DNA of 64,000 nucleotides from a bacterium (GTDB lineage Bacteria; RBG-13-61-14; DATKZS01): NCBI GenBank assembly GCA_963674965.2, contig CAXXFL010000003.1, positions 224,001 to 288,000 of the forward strand, read 5' to 3'. Shown piece by piece: positions 56,000 to 64,000 of this stretch (position 1 is its first letter; each line of letters starts with the position of its first letter). The notes under the pieces were generated by a model. It saw only the letters and a program-made list of their open reading frames with translations, ran no database searches and was not told where the DNA came from. The position numbers and the translations under genes were made by a program.

Positions 56000-56063
56000 G
56001 CGAAGCTATCCGGTCCACCCGCGAAGCTATCCGGGCCCGCGCGAAGCTATCCGGTCCACCCGC
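56000..56063. repeat. Three tandem 20-21 bp units with core GCGAAGCTATCCGG
   Basis: Core at 56000, 56021 and 56041. Confidence 0.9.
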
Positions 56064-56192
56064 GGGAGAAGATCAGGCGGGGGCTTTCGCCTTTCCTAAC
56101 AAAATCCTAACGATCGTATTAATTCGTCTTATTTTTTGTTATCATAGGGGTCAGGTAGTTATGAAGTTCGATTTTCCCATGGGTTGGCTGTA

Positions 56193-57815
56193 ATGAACGG
56201 CAACGCAATGATCTTGAGCTTGATGGGCGGGGTTTTGCTCCTTCTTTACGGCGTGAACCTGGCGGGGGAGGGCCTGAAGGGATGGGCCGGCGCCCGGATC
56301 AAGACGGCCCTCGAGACCATGACCAAGAACCGCTTTACCGCCCTCTTGACGGGGATCGGCATTACCTTCGTCCTCCAGTCCAGCTCGGCCTCGACCGTCA
56401 CCGTCATCAGCCTTATCGACGCGGGACTCATGACCTTTACCCAGTCCCTGGCCGTCACGCTGGGGGCGGGCATCGGCGCGACCATTACGGTGCAGCTCAT
56501 CTCTTTTCGGATTTACGACTATTCCCTTTTTATCTGCGGCGTGGGCCTTCTCATCAACTTCATGTCCGACGACGTGAGGAGGAAGAGCGCGGGCAGGGGA
56601 GTTTTCGGTTTCGGACTCATCCTGCTCTCCATCATGCTGTTGTCCGACGTTATCGCGCCTTTAAAGGAAAACGAGCTGTTTCAGACCAACCTCCGGGCCG
56701 TGGGCGACAACCCCTTCCTGGGCATCATCGTGTCTTTGGTCCTGACGGCCATCATCCAATCGAGCGCGGCGACGATCGGTCTTGCCATCACCTTCGCCAT
56801 CACGGGCATGATGGACCTTAACGCGGCCGTTCCCATCGTGCTGGGCGCGAACATCGGCACCTGCGCCACGGGTCTTATCTCGGCGGCCAAGAGCGGGACC
56901 GAGGCGAAGAGGGCGGCCATTGCCCACGCCCTATTCAGGATCATCGGGGTGGTCCTTTTCCTTCCCTTCATCGGGGTCTTCTCGGACCTGATGGCCCGCA
57001 CCGGCGGGGACGTTGCCCGGCAGATCGCCAACGCCCACACGGTTTTCAACGGCGTGGTGGCGGTAGTGCTTCTTCCGTTCATCGGGTACATCGGGAAGCT
57101 GGTCGAGATGTGGGTGCCGGACAAGACGGGCGAGAGCGAGGAGTTCAAGCCCAAGTACCTTAACCCCTCGATGCTGCAGACCCCGGCCCTGGCCCTGGCC
57201 CAGGCTAAACGGGAGTCCCTTCGCATGGCCGAGATCGTGCAGGACATGTACAAGCTGACCCTGCCCGCCATCATGCAATGCGACGAGAAGCTCATCGAGC
57301 GCGTCGAGTCCATGGACGACGAGGTGGACATTCTCGACGATTCCATCCGCCGATACCTCACCCAGCTCGCCAAGGAGCAGCTCGGGTCGGACGAGGCCCG
57401 GACCCAGATGGACGTTCTGGTTTTCATTTCCAACATGGAGACCATAGGCGACGTTATCGACACGAACCTTATGGAACTGGCCAGGAAAAAGTCCAAGAAG
57501 TGCGTGCAGTTCTCGAGGGAGGGCCAGCGCGATATCGAGGACCTTTACGGACGGGTGCTCGAGAACCTCGAGCTGGCCATCTCCGCCGTGACCACGGGCG
57601 AGCGGGCCCTGGCCGAGAGGGTCCAGAAAAACGACTCGAGGATCAAGGAACTCGAGCGCGAGTACAACCGCCGCCACATCGAGAGGCTCGAGAGCGGGCT
57701 TTCCGAGTCCCTCGAGACGAGCTCGATCCACCTGGACGTTTTGACCAACTTCGTAAGAGTAAACAACCACGTCACCAACATCGTCTATTCCATGCTCGGC
57801 TCGTCGCTGTTTTAA
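56193..57815 (+). CDS. Na/Pi cotransporter family protein with PhoU-like C-terminal domain
   Basis: LQSSSAST, IIQSSAAT, LGANIGTC, IANAHTVFN, METIGD. Confidence 0.92.
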   Translation: MNGNAMILSLMGGVLLLLYGVNLAGEGLKGWAGARIKTALETMTKNRFTALLTGIGITFVLQSSSASTVTVISLIDAGLMTFTQSLAVTLGAGIGATITVQLISFRIYDYSLFICGVGLLINFMSDDVRRKSAGRGVFGFGLILLSIMLLSDVIAPLKENELFQTNLRAVGDNPFLGIIVSLVLTAIIQSSAATIGLAITFAITGMMDLNAAVPIVLGANIGTCATGLISAAKSGTEAKRAAIAHALFRIIGVVLFLPFIGVFSDLMARTGGDVARQIANAHTVFNGVVAVVLLPFIGYIGKLVEMWVPDKTGESEEFKPKYLNPSMLQTPALALAQAKRESLRMAEIVQDMYKLTLPAIMQCDEKLIERVESMDDEVDILDDSIRRYLTQLAKEQLGSDEARTQMDVLVFISNMETIGDVIDTNLMELARKKSKKCVQFSREGQRDIEDLYGRVLENLELAISAVTTGERALAERVQKNDSRIKELEREYNRRHIERLESGLSESLETSSIHLDVLTNFVRVNNHVTNIVYSMLGSSLF

Positions 57816-57989
57816 TTGCAAGTCATGTCGAATGGGGCTTTCCCCGGCTTCTATCTGGCCGATAACTTTGGGTTTGTAAATTATTGTCTTGCCATTTGGG
57901 TCCGAGCCGTGATAATCTTACACAATTTAACCGATTATGGAGCCGCTTCCAGAGAAGCGGAAATAGCGTTAGGTTTAAAGAGGTTATAG

Positions 57990-59378
57990 ATGTCAGACGA
58001 GCGTTCCCTGGATAAGGCCCCACCCAGCCGCGTCGAGGCGGAACTGGCCGTGCTTTCGGCGGTCCTCCTCGATAACCAGGCGCTTATCACGGTCATGGAA
58101 ATGCTCGAGCCCGACGACTTCTACGTGGGTACGCACCGGGTCATCTTCACGGCCATGCGCGAGATGTCGGACAAGGCCATGCCCGTGGACATCCTGACCC
58201 TGACCGACCACCTCAAGGCCACGGGAAGGCTCGAGACGGTGGGCGGCTTCTCGGCCGTCACCGAAATTTCCGGCCGGGTCTCGACGGCGGCCAACGTGAG
58301 CTACTGGGCCCGGATCGTCAAAGACAAGGCCCTGCTCAGGAATTTTATCAGCGAGACGACCGCCCTCATAACCGAGGCTTACGGCGAGCCCGAGGAGGTC
58401 GAGGAATTTCTCGACCGGGCCGAGGGCAAGATCATGGAAATCTCGAGCAACCAGACCGTCACCACTTACGCCCCGATAAACCAGGTGGTTACGGACACTT
58501 TCAAGATAATCGAGGAACTGGACAAAAGAAAAGGGGCCGTCTCCGGCATCGGGACCGGCTTCGCGGACCTGGATAAAATGACCTCGGGCTTCCAAAGGGG
58601 AGACCTGATTATCCTGGCCGGCCGTCCCTCGATGGGCAAGACGGCCCTGGCCCTTAACTTCATGCGCAACGCCGCGGTGAACGACGAGGCCAAGGTCGCC
58701 TTTTTCTCCCTCGAGATGGCCGCCACCCAACTGGTGATGAGGATGATATGCTCCGAGGCCATGATCCCCTTCGACCGCCTCAGGCTGGGCAGCCTGCCCG
58801 AGAAGTTCTGGATCAAGCTGACCAACGCGGCCAACACCCTCTCCCGAGCGGGCGTCTACATCGAGGACAGCGCCAATTTGAGCGTGCTCGAGTTGAAGGC
58901 CAAGGCGAGAAGGATTAAGATCGAGTTCGGCCTGGACATGGTGGTGGTGGATTACCTCCAGCTCGTTCGAGGCACGGGCTCGAAAAAAAGCCAGGGCAGC
59001 AGGGAACAGGAAATCGCGGAGATATCCCGCTCCCTAAAGGGCATGGCCAAGGAGCTCGAGATACCGGTCCTGGCCCTCAGCCAGCTCAACCGGGCCCCCG
59101 AGCAAAGGGAAAGCGGCGAGCCCAAGCTCTCGGACCTTCGCGAGTCGGGCTCCCTCGAGCAGGACGCCGACCTGGTCATGCTTATACATCGGCCGGGAGC
59201 TTATAAAAAGAAAAAAGAAGAAGAGGAAGTAGAACAGGAAGACAACCGGACCGTTCTTAAGATCGAGAAACAAAGAAACGGGCCCACCGGTCCCATCGAC
59301 CTGGTATTCCTTAAAAAATACACCAAGTTCGAGCCGTACGAGGGAAGGTACGACTCCGCTTATATGCCTGAAAATTAA
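57990..59378 (+). CDS. dnaB: Replicative DNA helicase
   Basis: AGRPSMGKT, FFSLEM, VVDYLQL, ALSQLNR, SDLRESGSLEQDAD, KQRNGPTG. Confidence 0.97.
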   Translation: MSDERSLDKAPPSRVEAELAVLSAVLLDNQALITVMEMLEPDDFYVGTHRVIFTAMREMSDKAMPVDILTLTDHLKATGRLETVGGFSAVTEISGRVSTAANVSYWARIVKDKALLRNFISETTALITEAYGEPEEVEEFLDRAEGKIMEISSNQTVTTYAPINQVVTDTFKIIEELDKRKGAVSGIGTGFADLDKMTSGFQRGDLIILAGRPSMGKTALALNFMRNAAVNDEAKVAFFSLEMAATQLVMRMICSEAMIPFDRLRLGSLPEKFWIKLTNAANTLSRAGVYIEDSANLSVLELKAKARRIKIEFGLDMVVVDYLQLVRGTGSKKSQGSREQEIAEISRSLKGMAKELEIPVLALSQLNRAPEQRESGEPKLSDLRESGSLEQDADLVMLIHRPGAYKKKKEEEEVEQEDNRTVLKIEKQRNGPTGPIDLVFLKKYTKFEPYEGRYDSAYMPEN

Positions 59379-59461
59379 AATGTTTTACTGGGATCGAAAC
59401 AATAGCTCGAATGATTTTGTCAAAGCCCTTTAATTCCAATCGAACGTTACAAGGGGGAAAC

Positions 59462-60844
59462 ATGCGCTTTTTCCAGAAGGGTTTTCTGAAGATTATCGCT
59501 TTATTAGGCGTAACGTCGGCCGTTGCCGGCTTAGGACCTTTAACCATGCCGACCCGGGCCCTGGCCCAGGACGAGACCATACCGATCATCGACGTGTCCA
59601 AAATACCCCGGCCGCCCATCGTGGCCGTGCCCGATTTTCGGCCTATGAACGACATGTCCAGGGGCGACGACGCGGGCTTTCGGCTGGGCCGCTCGACCCG
59701 CGAGACTATCGACTTCACGGGCCTTTGCGAGGTGGCCGACCCGGCCCTTTACCCCACCTCGATGGCCTCGGGCACCGAGGCCGAGGACTTCTCAGCCTGG
59801 AAGGCCCTTGGCGCCGAGTACCTGATCCGGGGCGACTTCGAGCGGCTCGACGGGGGCAGGTACAAGGTCGAGTTCCGCCTTTTCGACGTGAGGCTGCAAA
59901 AGATGGAACTGGGCAAGCGCTACACGGGCGAGCGCGACGCCCTGGACCGCATGGTCATGAAGTTCATGGACGAGTTCATCGGTTTCCTTCGTCCCGGCAA
60001 CAAGAAGGGCGCCCTGGACTCGAAGATAGCCTACATCACCGACAAGTCGGGACGGAGCGAGGTCCACATGATGGACACCGACGGCTCCCACGACACGGCC
60101 ATCACCTCGAACCACACCCTTAACGTCTCTCCCGCCTGGTCCCACGACGGCAAGTACCTGCTTTACACCAGCTACCGCGCCCGCAACCCGGACCTTTACA
60201 TCCGCGACGTGTACAAGGGAAGCGAGATCAAGTTCTTCTCCGCCCGGGGCCTCAACACGGCGGGCGAGTTCAGTCCCGACGGCTCGAGGGTGGCCTTCTC
60301 CCGGGAGGGTGACGACGGCAACATCGATATCTATATCATCGGGGTGAACGGCAAGGGGCTCAAAAGGGTGACCACCTCCTCGGCCATCGAGGTCTCGCCC
60401 ACCTGGTCGCCGGACGGAAACTTCATGGCCTTCGTGTCGGACCGGACGGGCCGGCCCCAGATATACCTTCTCGATCTCCGCCAGGGGGCGGAGGGAACGT
60501 CCAATCCCGCGGTCAGACTGACCTACCAGGGCGACTACAACACCTCACCCGCCTGGTCGCCCGACGGCCGCAAGCTGGCCTACACGGGCAGGACCGGCGG
60601 ACAGTTCGACCTTTATCTTATCATAATGGAGGCCTCGGACCGGCCCGTGAAGCGCATTACCCAGACCATGGCCAACGAGGAAAACCCCTCCTGGTCGCCC
60701 GACGGCCTTTTCCTGGTTTACGATTCCAACCGGTACGGCAATTACGACATATATATCATCAGTATCTATAAAAAAGTCCCCAGGCGGCTGACCACCGGAT
60801 CGGCCAAGGACAGGATGGCCACCTGGTCGCCCAAGGTCAACTAG
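59462..60844 (+). CDS. tolB: TolB
   Basis: N-terminal TolB domain (W..LGAE, RLFDV) and repeated SPAWSPDG propeller blades; adjacent to pal. Confidence 0.88.
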   Translation: MRFFQKGFLKIIALLGVTSAVAGLGPLTMPTRALAQDETIPIIDVSKIPRPPIVAVPDFRPMNDMSRGDDAGFRLGRSTRETIDFTGLCEVADPALYPTSMASGTEAEDFSAWKALGAEYLIRGDFERLDGGRYKVEFRLFDVRLQKMELGKRYTGERDALDRMVMKFMDEFIGFLRPGNKKGALDSKIAYITDKSGRSEVHMMDTDGSHDTAITSNHTLNVSPAWSHDGKYLLYTSYRARNPDLYIRDVYKGSEIKFFSARGLNTAGEFSPDGSRVAFSREGDDGNIDIYIIGVNGKGLKRVTTSSAIEVSPTWSPDGNFMAFVSDRTGRPQIYLLDLRQGAEGTSNPAVRLTYQGDYNTSPAWSPDGRKLAYTGRTGGQFDLYLIIMEASDRPVKRITQTMANEENPSWSPDGLFLVYDSNRYGNYDIYIISIYKKVPRRLTTGSAKDRMATWSPKVN

Positions 60845-60866
60845 CCGTTCGTCTCAGGAGAGAAAG

Positions 60867-61610
60867 ATGACTCGATATGCCTCACGGCCCGCCGTTGTAC
60901 TTCTATTAACCGTGCTGTCCTTTACCGTGACCTCCTGCTGGCGCGAGGCCGAGAAGGCCATCGACGCCGCCGAGGTCGCCTTGAAGGACGCGAAAAAGGC
61001 CGACGCCGACGAGTACGCTCCCGTCGAGTACCAGTCCGCGGAGGACAGCCTCGCGGCGGCCAGGGACCACTACGATTACTCCCGCTATCAAAAGGCCAGG
61101 GAGGAGGCGGAAAAAAGCCAGGACATGTCCCGGCTCGCCCACCAGAAGGCCCTCGAGGAAAAGGCGCGAACCGACGAGGAAACGCGCAAGGCCAGGATGG
61201 AACAACTGGCGGTGATGAACACATACAACCCCTCGAGCCTCTTCGACGAGGACGTGCCCAGGCCGCCGGACAAGAACGCGCTATTGAAGGACGTCTATTT
61301 CGGGGTCGACTCCGAGGTCCTCTCCGCTGAGGCGCAATCGACCCTCTCCGAGGTGGCCGCCTGGCTTAGAGCCAACGACTTCGTCAAAATCGAGATCGAG
61401 GGCCACTGCGACGAAAGAGGGACCGAGGAATATAACCAGGCCCTCGGCGCCAAAAGGGCCCAGACCGTCAAGTCCTACCTCGTCTCCCTCGGCGTCCCCT
61501 CCTCCCGACTCCGAACCATCAGCTACGGAGAGTCCGTCCCCAAAGACCCCGGCCACGACGAGGCCGCCTGGGCAAGAAACAGACGGGCCCACTTCGCCAT
61601 TCTGAGGTGA
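60867..61610 (+). CDS. pal: Peptidoglycan-associated lipoprotein with DUF4398-like helical N-terminus
   Basis: Lipobox VTSC; IEGHCDERGTEEYNQALGAKRA, ISYGE, AWARNRRA. Confidence 0.88.
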   Translation: MTRYASRPAVVLLLTVLSFTVTSCWREAEKAIDAAEVALKDAKKADADEYAPVEYQSAEDSLAAARDHYDYSRYQKAREEAEKSQDMSRLAHQKALEEKARTDEETRKARMEQLAVMNTYNPSSLFDEDVPRPPDKNALLKDVYFGVDSEVLSAEAQSTLSEVAAWLRANDFVKIEIEGHCDERGTEEYNQALGAKRAQTVKSYLVSLGVPSSRLRTISYGESVPKDPGHDEAAWARNRRAHFAILR

Positions 61611-61708
61611 ATAATTGTCCGCCTCCGGCGCTCAATCGCGGGACGAGAATAGGACCCTCGCCCCCAGCGTTATGGGGTTTCAATTTCGTTTCTGATGAAA
61701 TCCGTTCA

Positions 61709-63325
61709 TTATCGGCCTGAAAACATCTTCTTCACTTTATAGGCCCGGGAGCGAAGGGCTCGGGCCAGGCCCAGCTTCCAGTTGGCCGCTCGCAGGAAAA
61801 GGCAAAGGGCCTGGTGGAGTATAATCGGCCGCTCCCGCAAAAACCTCGAGCGCGAAAGGAGCCGGACAAGGGCCCGGGGCGCGACGTGGAAGGAGTCGGA
61901 AAAGCCGTCCGAGAAAAAGAGCAGCTCCATCCTCTTGCGCGAATATTTCAGGGCCTCGATCCAGGCCAGGGTCATGAAGAAGGAGTTGTCCTTGTCCCGG
62001 CCGCTGAAGTGGTTGGCCCAAAGCCCGGTAAATCCCTTTTTCGAGACGTGGTCCATGTCCTCGGGCGAGATGGTCCCGTCGGCCAGGGCCCGCTCGGCTA
62101 TCTTGGATCCCGGCAGGTAGCAGAGCGAGAATATCTTGAAGTTGTGGGGGCGGGAAAGGCTCAGCATCAGCTCGAGGGTCCGCTCCAGGTCCTCGCCGTT
62201 TTCATAGGGGTCGTTGAAGATAAAGTCGTACCACGTGGACAGGCCCGCGTCGTGACAGGCCTCGGACGCCCGCTTTATCTCCTCGTCCGTCTCGGGACGC
62301 CCGTACTCCTCGAGCCTGGCCCGCTCCGAGCCGCTTTGCACGCCCATGTGAACCGACACCCCGCCGGCGTCCTTCATGCTTTGCGCGAACTCGGCCGTCA
62401 CCGACTTGGGATGAAGCTCGACCACGAAGGGCAATTTTATTTTTTCCTTATAAGCCTCGAAAAAGGGACCGCTCCATTTTTTGTTGGCGCTGAAGAGCTC
62501 GTCCTGAAACCCCACCGCCCGGACGTCCAGTTTTTCCCTGGCCCCCTCGAGTTCCAGGATCACGTTCTCGGGCGAGCGCTTCCGGAGGTAGGGACCGGCG
62601 GCGCCATAGATTTTCCTGAACGCGTCGTTACAGCAAAAGGTGCATTTGAACGGGCATCCCCTCGAGGCCACGATGGTGTAGAGAATGGGCTTGTCAGGGT
62701 CCAGGTAGGAATCCTTCTCGAGAAGTTCGTCTCCCTCGATGGTATAGGCCTTGAACCCGCCGATGGAGGGAAACCCGAGCGCGTCAAGGTCCTGGATAAG
62801 CGGCCTGATCGGGTTCCTCACCAGCTCGCCCCCCTCCCGAAGGCAAAGGTTGGGAACGCCTTTATAAGACGAGCCGTCCCGGAGCGCCCTCATAAGGTCA
62901 ACCATGGCGCCCTCGCCCTCGCCCACGCAAACCAGGTCCGCGTGATCGAGGCACTCCTCCGGCATAAGGGTGGGATGGCTCCCGCCCCATATCACCATCG
63001 AGCCGGCCCGCCTGGCCATCTCGGATATCCTCACCGCCATGTCCAGGGCGAAGCTGCGAAAGCTCACGCCCAGAACGTCGGGACGGCGCCGGGCCAGGAG
63101 CTCCTCCAACAGCTCGTACTCCCGCTCGGTGGGCCAGTAGGTGAAAGGCTCGGGCCTGTGTCTGAACCCTCCCTTCGTGAGGTTCTCCCGGAAAAGGATG
63201 AGGTCGCACTCGAAACCGCCGGCCATAAGCTCGGCCTGGATTATCCGGGGCCCGAGGGCGTAAACGTCGTAGATACTGACCAGCGCCGCGCGCGGCTTGG
63301 TGGTGGATTTATTATTGTCGGTCAT
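61709..63325 (-). CDS. B12-binding radical SAM protein
   Basis: WGGSHPT, CVGEGE, SRGCPFKCTFC (CxxxCxxC), GVQSGS. Confidence 0.92.
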   Translation of the reverse strand: MTDNNKSTTKPRAALVSIYDVYALGPRIIQAELMAGGFECDLILFRENLTKGGFRHRPEPFTYWPTEREYELLEELLARRRPDVLGVSFRSFALDMAVRISEMARRAGSMVIWGGSHPTLMPEECLDHADLVCVGEGEGAMVDLMRALRDGSSYKGVPNLCLREGGELVRNPIRPLIQDLDALGFPSIGGFKAYTIEGDELLEKDSYLDPDKPILYTIVASRGCPFKCTFCCNDAFRKIYGAAGPYLRKRSPENVILELEGAREKLDVRAVGFQDELFSANKKWSGPFFEAYKEKIKLPFVVELHPKSVTAEFAQSMKDAGGVSVHMGVQSGSERARLEEYGRPETDEEIKRASEACHDAGLSTWYDFIFNDPYENGEDLERTLELMLSLSRPHNFKIFSLCYLPGSKIAERALADGTISPEDMDHVSKKGFTGLWANHFSGRDKDNSFFMTLAWIEALKYSRKRMELLFFSDGFSDSFHVAPRALVRLLSRSRFLRERPIILHQALCLFLRAANWKLGLARALRSRAYKVKKMFSGR

Positions 63326-63653
63326 GAGCGGATATTATACACTCGCACGGAAGGCGGCGACAAACCGGCCGAGTATTGAGCGCTCGATCTTTCCATGAGG
63401 GTCGCCTTATTTTATCGTTCAGGCTGGCCCGCGTCATCAATACCGATGGGAGTAAGGATCGATTGCTTGCGAAATTCCTTGCGAGCCTTGCGGCCGGCCC
63501 TAACGCGCTGTATTATAATATTGTCCTGGTTGGCCACGCGGTATTCGCCGGCCCCGCTTCAATGTATCTCTCCAGAGGACCGATATCATTTATGAATTTT
63601 GCCGTTTTCGTTTCCAAACGAAAGGGAGCGGCGCTTTATCGGGAGATAATGAA

Positions 63654-63881
63654 TTGACTAAAGAATGCCAGAATCTAATTAACTGCGGTTTTTTCAAGAA
63701 ACACGGGGTCAGCAAGGACCTTTCATGCCAGGGCTTCATCCTCAAATACTGCACCGGCCCGAAAATGGACCAGTGCAAAAGAAAGGAATACTTCCAGCAA
63801 AACGGGACCATGCCCCCCGACGACATGCTCCCCAACGGCCGCATACTGGTGACCGGGCCGGAGGACCGCGGGGAAGAGTAG
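63654..63881 (+). CDS. Small Cys-rich hypothetical protein
   Basis: C....NCGFF...YC.G....C.R...PPDDMLPNG pattern; GGAG SD before TTG. Confidence 0.6.
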   Translation: MTKECQNLINCGFFKKHGVSKDLSCQGFILKYCTGPKMDQCKRKEYFQQNGTMPPDDMLPNGRILVTGPEDRGEE

Positions 63882-64000
63882 GCTAACCTTCCTTTCAATA
63901 TCCTCTTTTCCCGGGGCCTTCGCAATTTAATGCCAGGCCTTTCCCATCTCAGCTATCTGTTCATCCCCAGAATTTTATAAATAATACCTCAAGAAAAAAA

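Noticed and set aside
55649-56063. Possible CRISPR array
   Set aside because: Only two 85-bp units and three short tandem units without unique spacers of CRISPR size; no cas genes in the window.

Overview
GC-rich bacterial chromosome segment, probably from a delta-proteobacterial-like Gram-negative lineage (inferred from gene content only). Housekeeping genes include a split purH, tRNA-Glu, rlmE, pfkA, coaD, an aspartate aminotransferase, a Na/Pi cotransporter, dnaB, tolB and pal. There are many exported hydrolases and a xylose cluster (xylR-xylA-xylFGH-GH3) with a clear promoter and operator. Accessory highlights: (1) a low-GC islet directly after tRNA-Glu, carrying a 5'-truncated ORF in which a CFI-box-CTERM-like domain and two transmembrane helices are fused upstream of an Rhs core and a Cys-rich tip, followed by a candidate immunity gene and a nuclease-domain pseudogene; (2) a selenocysteine peroxiredoxin (in-frame TGA plus SECIS-like hairpin) that the ORF track splits in two; (3) a vgrG-DUF2169/pentapeptide-pentapeptide-DUF3540-DUF4150 spike cluster with a long VgrG extension and no T6SS core in the window; (4) a MITE/REP-doublet element in two copies, one hit in its hairpin loop by an IS481 with a 4-bp target duplication; (5) further intergenic repeats and an apparent strong excess of CTCGAG. 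All family assignments are by eye from motifs; no searches were run.
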